Source of the DNA: a bacterium
Lineage (GTDB): Bacteria; Electryoneota; Electryoneia; Electryoneales; Electryoneaceae
Direction: 5' to 3'
DNA length: 64,000 nucleotides
NCBI GenBank assembly: GCA_963675295.2
Contig: CAXXKJ010000002.1
Location: 288,001 to 352,000, forward strand
This document shows, one piece after another, positions 48,015 through 56,706 of the stretch (the first letter of the stretch is position 1; the number at the start of each line of letters is the position of its first letter). A program made the position numbers and the translations under genes. The notes beneath the pieces were generated by a model. It ran no database searches. It worked only from the letters and a program-made list of their open reading frames with translations, and was not told the DNA's origin.

Positions 48015-49370
48015 TTATTTCCCGATGCAGAACCGGCCGAAAATCCGGTTCAGCACGTCATCTCCGGCGATTCGCCCCGTGATCTCACTCAACGCATCCA
48101 GCGCAGCGCGAATTTCTACCGCGATCAATTCCTCGCTCACATTCGCCGACGCTAACGTTGACGAGCGTTCCAGCGCCTCAGCGGCGTCATTGAGGTGACG
48201 CGCGTGCCGTTGCTCCAGCCCGAGGCTCTCTTCGTAGTGGGTGAGGCCCAGCTTTTTGATGATCATGGCTTGCAGTTCAGCAACACCTTCACCTGTTTTC
48301 GCGCTAATAGACGTGTCCGATTCGTCCAAAACCACTTTCGGTACCTCGGCTGCCAAGTCTGACTTGTTCCGCACGAACATCAGATTGCTGTGATGAAAAT
48401 ACTCTACGTCGGGCCATAGAAAGTCAGGCGGCGACCACAGCCACAGAATTACATCCGCTTGATCCAGCAGCGACTTTGTCCGTTTCATTCCCTCTTGCTC
48501 GATCTCCTCCTCAGACGTACGAAGGCCTGCGGTATCGATTAATCGAACCGGGATACCGTCCCAATCCACCGCCGCATCGAGATAATCCCGTGTGGTACCA
48601 GGGGTTTCGCTGACAATTGCCCGATCCTGTCCCAGCCAGCGATTGAACAAGGTCGACTTGCCGGCGTTGGTTTCGCCCGCGATCACGATGTGTATCCCAT
48701 TCCTCAGGTACTTGCTGATATTGGCATTAAACAACAGGATATACAACGAGTGGACCAGTTCTTCGATTTGAATCAGAAACCGCTTCCGATCAAAGACCGG
48801 AACCTCTTCTTCCGCGAAATCGAGTTCCAGCTCAACCAGTCCCAATGCGTCCTGCAGCGATTCTTCGATGGTCTGCAGCTGTGTTTTCAGGCCACCCATC
48901 AGCACGCGCAGCGATGACCGTGCCGCGGCACCAGTTTTCGCGTCGATCAGGGACGCCACCGATTCCGCCTGGTCCAGCGTCAGTTTGCCGTTGATGAACG
49001 AACGCCGCGTAAATTCGCCAGGTTTTGCGGGCCGCGCGCCCAGTTCGAGGAATCGCTCCAATACGAGGGTTAACGCGGCGGGGCTGCCGTGTCCGATGAA
49101 TTCGATGAGATCTTCGCCGGTGCTGGAGTTGGGACCTTTCCACGGCAGTAGTACGCCTTCATCCAGCACGCCGCCTTCCGCGTCACGGATGGTCACGACC
49201 TGCGCAGCACGTGGTGTCCAGCTTTCCGGGATTGATTCGTGTCCGCAGGCGTGCGCGGCGAGGGTCCAGACACCGTCTCCGCTCATCCGGATAATACCCA
49301 AAGCGCTTTGCCCTGGCGGGGTGGCCAGGGCAGCGATGGGATCAGAACTTAGAATGGATGGCGCCGGCAC
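48015..49370 (-). CDS. mnmE: tRNA modification GTPase
   Basis: IAALATP, GETNAGKS, GTTRD, DTAG, NKSD, FCIGK end. Confidence 0.97.
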   Translation of the reverse strand: MPAPSILSSDPIAALATPPGQSALGIIRMSGDGVWTLAAHACGHESIPESWTPRAAQVVTIRDAEGGVLDEGVLLPWKGPNSSTGEDLIEFIGHGSPAALTLVLERFLELGARPAKPGEFTRRSFINGKLTLDQAESVASLIDAKTGAAARSSLRVLMGGLKTQLQTIEESLQDALGLVELELDFAEEEVPVFDRKRFLIQIEELVHSLYILLFNANISKYLRNGIHIVIAGETNAGKSTLFNRWLGQDRAIVSETPGTTRDYLDAAVDWDGIPVRLIDTAGLRTSEEEIEQEGMKRTKSLLDQADVILWLWSPPDFLWPDVEYFHHSNLMFVRNKSDLAAEVPKVVLDESDTSISAKTGEGVAELQAMIIKKLGLTHYEESLGLEQRHARHLNDAAEALERSSTLASANVSEELIAVEIRAALDALSEITGRIAGDDVLNRIFGRFCIGK

Positions 49371-49373
49371 GGC

Positions 49374-51182
49374 TTACTTCCGATCCTTCTTCTGACGGCG
49401 GCGCTCCTGCCGTTCTTCTTCTTTTTCCTGCTCGGCCTTGCGTTCGGCGACCAGGCGTTCCAGTTCCGGATCGCTGGTCTTCATCATCTTCTGCTGGCCC
49501 CAGCTAAGCAGGTTGAACAGCGTGTAATACAGCGTCAGGCCGCTCGGGAAGTTGTTGAACAGGAAGATGAACATGATCGGCATCATCATGGTCATCATCT
49601 TCTGGTTCGGATCGGTAACCGTTGACTTGGACTGGAGATACGTGCTCAATGCCATGATCAGCGGCAGCACAGCGAGGTGGTCGCCATACAGCGGGATCGT
49701 GAACGGCAGGTTGAACAGCACGTCCGGCATCGAGAGGTCGTTGATCCACAGGATGAACGGCTGCCCGCGCAACTCAATAGTCGAACGGAAGACAATGAAC
49801 AACCCGTACAGCATCGGCATCTGCAGCAGCATTGGCCAGCACCCGCCCATCGGGTTGACCTTGTGCTCCTTGTACAGCGCCATCACTTCCTTCTGCATCC
49901 GCTGCGGGTTATCCTTGTACTTTTCCTGAGTCTCTTTCAGAATCGGCTGAAGCATTTGCATGCGCTTCATCGACTTGTGAGACTTGTAAGTAAGCGGCCA
50001 GACGATAATTTTGATCAAGATGGAGAATATAATTAGTACAACACCATAATTGGGAATAAAATCGTGCAACCAGACCAGAACATGGAACACACCCTTGGAG
50101 AAAGGCTCGATAATCGGCCATCCCCACGACATCATTTCCTCTAATGACGGATCAATCCGTGAAACGTGCTCTTGTTCCAGCGGTCCGAGGTAGAAGGTCA
50201 GCCGCTGATCAAGGTCACCTTGCGGGATGTTGAACAGGAGATCGGTTGCGTACAGCTTTGGACGGTGCTTGCCATCATACGTCGGGTGCGGCCAGGTGCG
50301 CAGGGTCGCGCCGTCGGCCGGCGTGCTCGGGACCAACGCCATCAGGAAGTACTTGGTACGTTGCGCAACCCATCGCGTCGCGCCAGACGCGTTTTCGTCC
50401 TCGGTTTCCTTGCCGTTGCTCTTCAGCTTTTCCTTCGACCCAGTGTAGTAGGCCGCTTCGGTGTAGTAAAGGTCCTGGGTTGTGTCCGCTTCGGTCAAAG
50501 CCAACCCACCGCCCCAGCCGAACGTGGCGGAAATCGCGCCGGTCGATGCGCCCAGTCCACGGCTTTGCAGGTGAACGTCGACCTTGTAGCGGTCCGGGTG
50601 GAAGACGAACGTTTCCCGGTACCAGCGCCCCTCGCCCAATGGGATGGAAAAGGTCAACGAATCAGGTCCGTCACCTTCGTTCAGCGTGATGTCGCCGCCG
50701 TCCACGCTGAACACACGGTCGCGCGTCCGCAGCAGACCCGATCCGCCAAGTGCGGTCAGGGTCAGGTTTTCGTCCGCGAAACGGTCACGCACCAGTTCTT
50801 CGGTTTCCAGCAGGTACGGCTGCGTCGGCTGGATCCGCCACGAACGGATCGTCGCGCCTTTTGTGCTGAACGTCGCCGAGTAGAGCGGCGTGTCCACGTG
50901 GATCAGCTTCTCTTCGGCATCCGAAGCCGGCATCGAAGAAGGATCGTTCATGCCAGATCCACCAGCGAACGTATCGGACCCATTGTACATCGTGTCCGTT
51001 TCGTCTCCGCCGAACGGTTGGCCGTCGCCCATCGAGCTCGCCGCATCTTCGGCCGTCATGACTGCCGATTGTGCGGTCGAGTCCGCTGGTGGCTCTTCCG
51101 GGGTCACCAGCTTGTAGTAGTAGGGCATGGTCAGGATGACCACGCCGATCAGGACAAATGCAAATATGGTCTTGCGATCCAT
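49374..51182 (-). CDS. yidC: Membrane protein insertase
   Basis: NYGV..I, KSM..MQ.LQP, NP.GGC.P.L.QMP, WI.DLS.PD, GL.LY. Confidence 0.95.
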   Translation of the reverse strand: MDRKTIFAFVLIGVVILTMPYYYKLVTPEEPPADSTAQSAVMTAEDAASSMGDGQPFGGDETDTMYNGSDTFAGGSGMNDPSSMPASDAEEKLIHVDTPLYSATFSTKGATIRSWRIQPTQPYLLETEELVRDRFADENLTLTALGGSGLLRTRDRVFSVDGGDITLNEGDGPDSLTFSIPLGEGRWYRETFVFHPDRYKVDVHLQSRGLGASTGAISATFGWGGGLALTEADTTQDLYYTEAAYYTGSKEKLKSNGKETEDENASGATRWVAQRTKYFLMALVPSTPADGATLRTWPHPTYDGKHRPKLYATDLLFNIPQGDLDQRLTFYLGPLEQEHVSRIDPSLEEMMSWGWPIIEPFSKGVFHVLVWLHDFIPNYGVVLIIFSILIKIIVWPLTYKSHKSMKRMQMLQPILKETQEKYKDNPQRMQKEVMALYKEHKVNPMGGCWPMLLQMPMLYGLFIVFRSTIELRGQPFILWINDLSMPDVLFNLPFTIPLYGDHLAVLPLIMALSTYLQSKSTVTDPNQKMMTMMMPIMFIFLFNNFPSGLTLYYTLFNLLSWGQQKMMKTSDPELERLVAERKAEQEKEEERQERRRQKKDRK

Positions 51183-51194
51183 GGTTCCTCACGG

Positions 51195-51548
51195 TCAGGA
51201 TGCGGTGGCATCCGAACGTTCTATCGCTGAATGATCGTGATCGTGTTCGTGGCGGCAATGGTGATGATCAGAGTGTCCGGTGGGAGGGACGGGATCGAAA
51301 CCGCCGGGATGCAACGGATTGCACTTCGCGAGCCGCACCGCGCTCAGCCAGAACCCGCGTAACACGCCGTGCGTTTGAAACGCTTCCATCGAATACACGC
51401 TGCAGGAAGGATAAAACCGGCACCGGCTGCCGAGGGCATACATCACCGGCGACAACACCTTACGGTAGACGCGCAGCAACGGCAACACCAGCCAACGCAC
51501 CAGGAACCGGTCCGCGGTAGAGGTGGGTTTGCGTGTTTCTGCACTCAA
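51195..51548 (-). CDS. yidD: Membrane protein insertion efficiency factor with His-rich tail
   Basis: Y...[23 protein letters not shown]; probable TTG start overlapping the rnpA stop. Confidence 0.9.
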   Translation of the reverse strand: MSAETRKPTSTADRFLVRWLVLPLLRVYRKVLSPVMYALGSRCRFYPSCSVYSMEAFQTHGVLRGFWLSAVRLAKCNPLHPGGFDPVPPTGHSDHHHCRHEHDHDHSAIERSDATAS

Positions 51549-51943
51549 CGTGCGCGTTCCTCGTTCGCGCCCGGTGCGCCGAACCGGCTTGCCGCTTTCT
51601 TCCGCGCGACCTTCAACAGACGGTCCAGCTCCACAAAAAAATCGTTCCAGTCCTTTGGCGCGGCATACAATCGCACCAGGATCTGGCAATTCACCGGGAA
51701 CAGCTCTTTGTTCCTGCGAAAGTATTCACGCAGTCGGCGGCGCGCATAATTTCGTCCCACTGCTGTCCCGAAGAGACGGCGGGGAACCAGCGAGCCGAAC
51801 TGGCGAATGGCGGCATCCGACGGCAAAAAAAAAAGGGACACGCCGTTACCGCGCACCCTTTCAGCTCCCTGAAGGAGTCGCTGATAAGCTGCGCGACCCC
51901 GGATGATTTCATCCTTTCGCAGGGTTTCGCTACCGGATTTCAT
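51545..51943 (-). CDS. rnpA: Ribonuclease P protein component
   Basis: G.AV.RN..RRRLRE..R motif; located between rpmH and yidD. Confidence 0.85.
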   Translation of the reverse strand: MKSGSETLRKDEIIRGRAAYQRLLQGAERVRGNGVSLFFLPSDAAIRQFGSLVPRRLFGTAVGRNYARRRLREYFRRNKELFPVNCQILVRLYAAPKDWNDFFVELDRLLKVARKKAASRFGAPGANEERAR

Positions 51944-52079
51944 CGGAGACGGTCAACCGCTTACGTCCCTTGGCACGTCGGCGCTTCAACACCGCGCGTC
52001 CAGCTTTCGAAGCCATGCGTGCACGGAAACCATGCTTATTACGGCGTTTCCGATTGCTCGGCTGAAAGGTGCGCTTCAT
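51930..52079 (-). CDS. rpmH: 50S ribosomal protein L34 (49 aa, not in the ORF track)
   Basis: Manual translation [49 protein letters not shown]. Confidence 0.97.
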   Translation of the reverse strand: MKRTFQPSNRKRRNKHGFRARMASKAGRAVLKRRRAKGRKRLTVSDEIR

Positions 52080-52313
52080 GGAAATGCTCCTGCTCTATCG
52101 TTTTCTTGTCGAATCCAAAGCAAGCCGGAATTTAGGCGGAGTGAACCCATGGAGCAACGTTCGCTCCCGGAGGGAGCCCCCTTTAGAGCCGGCGGGTCGA
52201 GACAGGTGTTGGTCTCTCGTCTCGCGGCGAAACCGGCTCGACACGGAATGCGTACCACAGATAAGCTATCTTAGCCGGAACGTACGCAGCAAACTCGGTC
52301 CCGGAGGCATGTT

Positions 52314-52880
52314 GTGGCTCTGAGAACACCCTCGTATCACTCCACCACGAGCCTGATCCACACGTTGGTGCTCGTTGCAGTGTTCGCCACGCAAGCCGTG
52401 GCGGAGGATCGCACGCTCACCACCAACCTCGGACGGATCACCATTCCGGACTCCTGGCAGGTCGAACAGGTATCAGACGACCACATCGCGGCGTGGTCCG
52501 ACGAAGACGGGTCCCGTCTGGACCTGTACCAGCGACCGTTTGAGCCGTTGGCTGAATATCTGCATACCCGAGCAGACGAGTTACGCATATCGAGATATGT
52601 GAGAAGTGTGTCGAAAGACTTCCTCGAAGAGGCGAACGCCGGCAAGGGCGGCTTCATCCTCGGCCTGAATCCAGTCGCGGCGGAGGATGCCCCGGTTGTG
52701 CCGGTGGACGGCTGGGACGATCTCGACCTGGAAAACTTGACCGGTGTGCCGTCGGACTACTTGTACGTGGTCGCGTACGAACGTGAACGGCAGCTGTATG
52801 TGCTCGAGGTGACGGCGCCGACGGAGAGCGGGGACGAGCTGTTGCTGGCCGACCTCCACCGGTCCTGGCGACTTCCGTAA
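52314..52880 (+). CDS. Hypothetical exported protein
   Basis: GGAGG RBS; signal-like N-terminus; acidic. Confidence 0.55.
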   Translation: MALRTPSYHSTTSLIHTLVLVAVFATQAVAEDRTLTTNLGRITIPDSWQVEQVSDDHIAAWSDEDGSRLDLYQRPFEPLAEYLHTRADELRISRYVRSVSKDFLEEANAGKGGFILGLNPVAAEDAPVVPVDGWDDLDLENLTGVPSDYLYVVAYERERQLYVLEVTAPTESGDELLLADLHRSWRLP

Positions 52881-52922
52881 ATGAGCATATCGAGATAACT
52901 GAGAAAGGAGATATCGCACCGC

Positions 52923-53459
52923 ATGCCCCACCCGCAACCGTTGATGACCGCCGATGATTTCGCCACTGGCATGACCTGGGAACAGTACTTGGAACAGGTT
53001 TCCGCCAGCGCACGCTTGCAGATGAAGCATTACCAGTCGGTTACCGACGACGACCTGTCGGACTTCGCTCCGCCCGATGAAACCCTGTACGCGGTCATCC
53101 TGTCCAAGGAGAAGTGCGGCGACGGCGCCTGGGCGGTCCCTCGCCTGGTTCGCATTCTACGGGATCGCATGGGTATTGAGCTGCGCATCTTCTTCCGGGA
53201 CGAGCGCGAAGACCTGATGGATCATCTCGAAACAGACGGCAAGCGCGCCATCCCGAAGCTCGCGTTGCTGGACAAGGACTTCCGTATTGTGGGAGTCTGG
53301 GGCCCGTATCCGGAGGCGATCAAACCCTATGTCCGTGAGCACGCCGGCATTTACGACCGTTCCGAATGGTATCCGGAAGTGATGAAGTATTACCGTAAAA
53401 CAGGTCATAGAGACCTGATCCGTGATATCCAAACACTGATCACGGAGTTGGATGTATAA
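52923..53459 (+). CDS. Thioredoxin family protein (Thioredoxin_9-like, single Cys)
   Basis: CGD, RD...LMD..T.G.RAIP, WGP.P. Confidence 0.75.
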   Translation: MPHPQPLMTADDFATGMTWEQYLEQVSASARLQMKHYQSVTDDDLSDFAPPDETLYAVILSKEKCGDGAWAVPRLVRILRDRMGIELRIFFRDEREDLMDHLETDGKRAIPKLALLDKDFRIVGVWGPYPEAIKPYVREHAGIYDRSEWYPEVMKYYRKTGHRDLIRDIQTLITELDV

Positions 53460-53577
53460 GCTCCCCGTGCTCGGAGCCGGGCAATTCAACAAGACTCACG
53501 GCGGGGCACTGCGGGTGCCCCATTGCCAAATTTGTCAGCCTATCTTAGAGGACCTTTACAGCAAACCTGGATGGACG

Positions 53578-56331
53578 ATGCGAATCGCAACCCTGTTCCT
53601 GCTAACCCTGATCCTGTTTGTGACACTCCCAGCTGCCATCCTCGCTTCTTCGGATGCGGGCGCGGTCGTATACGTTAAACTGCAGCCAACGGGCAACGAG
53701 CTGGACGCTCCCCGCGCAGCGGTTGCTGAACGTCCGGAAGTGATAGCGATGGAAACCGCGGTGCCAGCGACGAATGCTCAAATCTTCGCGGCACTTGGCC
53801 AGTGGCAACGGGTCGTTGTCGAACCGGGAACGGATCTGGACGCGTTCCTCGCGGACGTGTCGCAGCTGCCTGGTGTTGAGGTTGCGGAGCGCCAGCCGGT
53901 TCGTGAACTGTGCGTTTTACCGGGGGCAGAGCGTGAGATAGCCGACCGTCCGAACGATCCCCTGATCTCTTACCAGTGGCATTTGTCGCAGATCAATGCG
54001 TTCGCGGCGTGGGACGAAGCCCCGCTCGCGGACGGCGTCAAGATCGCGATTCTTGACAACGGTGTAGACCTTGACCACCGGGACCTCAAGTCGATCATCT
54101 GGATCAATGACGAGGAAGACGGCGGCACGGCCAACTTCGACGATGACGGCAACGGGTACGTGGACGACATTTACGGTTGGGACGCGAACGACTGGGACGG
54201 CAACCCGGACGCGCCGAGCCTCGATCCCAGCGAAAGCCCGGGTCACGGCACCCACTGCTCCGGCATTGCGGCGGCGATTCAAAACAACAACGTTGGTGTC
54301 GCCGGGCTTGCTCGTGGCGCGCAAATTATGGCAGTCCGGGTTGGCGAAGGCCGCACGATCGGGTTTGCGGTGGACGGTTTGCTGTATGCGGTCATCAATG
54401 AAGCAGACGTCATTTCAATGTCCTTCGCCGGCCCGATCGAATCGGTGTTCGAACGGGACATCATCAACTACGCGGCCGATCAGGGGATCATCATCCTTGC
54501 CGCCGCGGGCAACGAAAACAACAATTCGCTGACCTATCCGGCGGCGTATGAAAACGTGATCGGCGTCGCGGCAACCGGCATTGACAACAACATCGCCTCG
54601 TTCAGCAATTATGGCTGGTGGGTGCAGGCCGCCGCACCGGGGGTTGATATCCTCAGCACCTACATCGGTGGCTACGGGTATTCGTCGGGCACGTCCATGG
54701 CGACGCCGCTGGTCGCCGGCCTCGCTGGATTGCTTAAGGGGATGGACCCGGACATCACCCGCGAGCAGGTGCTCGCCCGAATTCAGCAGGGCGCGCAGCC
54801 GGTGGGGAATGCGGGGGAGAAGGAAACGCCGGTTGGTGTGATTGACGCCTGGCGTTCGGTGCTGCCGGATCGTCCGGTAGTCGCATACAAAGGGATGACG
54901 GTCAACAACGCAGACGGCCGCATTCCGCTGGCGGCAACGACCAGCGTCACCTTCGACATGGAGCTGCTTGGCGGGGACGCTGACCAGGTCAAGATCAGCC
55001 TCGTCTCGCTGGCGGAATTCATGTCGACGAACGGCGTGTACAACGGCTCACAGCAGGCGGTCGGCGACTTCACGGCTGACTTTCAGATCACGACCTACGG
55101 CTTCACCGAACAGGGGGACAACCCGGCGGTGCTGCTGATCAACGCGGATGGGTGGCGGGACACGTTGTCCGTGCGCATCCCTGTTGATCCGCCGTATGTC
55201 ACGGTCGAAGGCGGTGAAATGATCGCCAGCGTCACCGACTTCGGCGCGATTGGCTACTGGGACTACGTACCGCCGATCGACACTCGAACCGAAGGCGTCC
55301 GCTTGCTCGGCGACAAGCTCGGCGCGTTGTTCCACGGATCCGTGTTGATCGCGGACATGGCGAACGTTGCTGACTGCATCTACGGCACCGACAATCAAAC
55401 CCAGTTCGATTTCCGTGTTTACGATGACGGGCACTACGCGAAAGTGGATGCACCGCAGGGCCGCGAGATGTGGCGCTGCACCTACACCGACCGCTACGAC
55501 GGCAGCCCTGTGGGCGTGAACGTGACGCAGACCGTGGAAGGGTATCCGGACAACGACGACCAGTCGGTCGTCTACCTGACCTACTCCATCGAGCGTGTGA
55601 TCGGTGCACCAATTGACATGTACGTTGGCATTCTCTGCGACTGGGACATCCTCAATCTGTACGGCAACCAGGTGCATTACAACAGCCAGTATCGCCTGTC
55701 CTACATGAGTGGCAGCAGTTATGGCGGCGGGCAGACACGTTTCGCGGGTATCATGGCGTTGGGTGACGAGACCATCTCCGGCGTCCGTGCGATCAACAAT
55801 TCAAGCTTCAGCTACACCGATTCGAACAAGCTGTCCATCATACGCGGCGGTACCTCCCAGGCTACATCCTCGTCACAGGACGACTGGGCGAACCTGATCG
55901 CGGTTGAGGTGCCGGATGTCGGATCTTCGATTCCGCGCACGGTGGAATTCGCGCTGATCATGGCGAAAACGGAATCGGAACTGCTGAGTATTGCATCCGA
56001 CGTCGCCAGCACGCATGGTGGCAAAACCGTGTCGGTGGGGCACGAGCTACCGTCCCAATTCGAGCTGACACGTGCGTGGCCAAACCCGTTCAATGCGTAC
56101 ACCCGTGTGGATCTCGCGCTGGACGCTGGCGCGGATGTCGAGATCGCGGTGTATGACGTGCTCGGACGGATTGTTACCACGTTACATCGTGGCGAACTCA
56201 CCGCTGGCAGCCACGCGTTTACGTGGAATGGTCTCACCAGCAACGGTCAGCCGGTCGCGGCGGGTGTGTACATCATCGAGGCGAATTCCGGCGACCTGCA
56301 CGCCCGGCAGAAAGTGGTGTTGGTGAAGTAA
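53578..56331 (+). CDS. Secreted S8 subtilisin-like peptidase with C-terminal sorting domain
   Basis: AILDNGVD, HGTHCSG, AAAGN, GTSMATP; WPNPFN..WNG..GVY. Confidence 0.92.
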   Translation: MRIATLFLLTLILFVTLPAAILASSDAGAVVYVKLQPTGNELDAPRAAVAERPEVIAMETAVPATNAQIFAALGQWQRVVVEPGTDLDAFLADVSQLPGVEVAERQPVRELCVLPGAEREIADRPNDPLISYQWHLSQINAFAAWDEAPLADGVKIAILDNGVDLDHRDLKSIIWINDEEDGGTANFDDDGNGYVDDIYGWDANDWDGNPDAPSLDPSESPGHGTHCSGIAAAIQNNNVGVAGLARGAQIMAVRVGEGRTIGFAVDGLLYAVINEADVISMSFAGPIESVFERDIINYAADQGIIILAAAGNENNNSLTYPAAYENVIGVAATGIDNNIASFSNYGWWVQAAAPGVDILSTYIGGYGYSSGTSMATPLVAGLAGLLKGMDPDITREQVLARIQQGAQPVGNAGEKETPVGVIDAWRSVLPDRPVVAYKGMTVNNADGRIPLAATTSVTFDMELLGGDADQVKISLVSLAEFMSTNGVYNGSQQAVGDFTADFQITTYGFTEQGDNPAVLLINADGWRDTLSVRIPVDPPYVTVEGGEMIASVTDFGAIGYWDYVPPIDTRTEGVRLLGDKLGALFHGSVLIADMANVADCIYGTDNQTQFDFRVYDDGHYAKVDAPQGREMWRCTYTDRYDGSPVGVNVTQTVEGYPDNDDQSVVYLTYSIERVIGAPIDMYVGILCDWDILNLYGNQVHYNSQYRLSYMSGSSYGGGQTRFAGIMALGDETISGVRAINNSSFSYTDSNKLSIIRGGTSQATSSSQDDWANLIAVEVPDVGSSIPRTVEFALIMAKTESELLSIASDVASTHGGKTVSVGHELPSQFELTRAWPNPFNAYTRVDLALDAGADVEIAVYDVLGRIVTTLHRGELTAGSHAFTWNGLTSNGQPVAAGVYIIEANSGDLHARQKVVLVK

Positions 56332-56371
56332 GGCCGTCTTTCGCCTCTGTAAATCGTGCCCGAACGACTAC

Positions 56372-56581
56372 GTGCCCGTGTTTGCTTGCAAACGCGGCTA
56401 CGACGCCCCGGGACGTGCTAGTAGTAACCCTTGCCCGTGTTGTCTCTGACAACGCGGGCTTGTTATCTCAGTTTGTCCGGATATGACGGCAGTTCCACGG
56501 TTTCCTGGGCAAATCCAGACATCACCCTTTAAATCGGAATCGACCCCCCAAAGAAAAAACCGGACACGCGTGTCCGGTTTT
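56372..56581. repeat. REP cluster: TGCCC hairpins (56372, 56431) and family B palindrome (56556)
   Basis: gtgcccgtgtttgcttgcaaacgcggct; ttgcccgtgttgtctctgacaacgcgggct. Confidence 0.75.
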
Positions 56582-56706
56582 AGTTGATAGCAACTATTGA
56601 TTCCTGGTGTCTGTGCGAATCCGCCTGACGGTTCGCGCAGAACCGCCCACTCCAAATTACAGGCGTGGGGTTTGAGCCCAGAGCCCGAAGCCCCGAGCCC
56701 GTCCCA

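Noticed and set aside
52080-52313. oriC upstream of rpmH
   Set aside because: No DnaA-box cluster or AT-rich unwinding element, and no dnaA.
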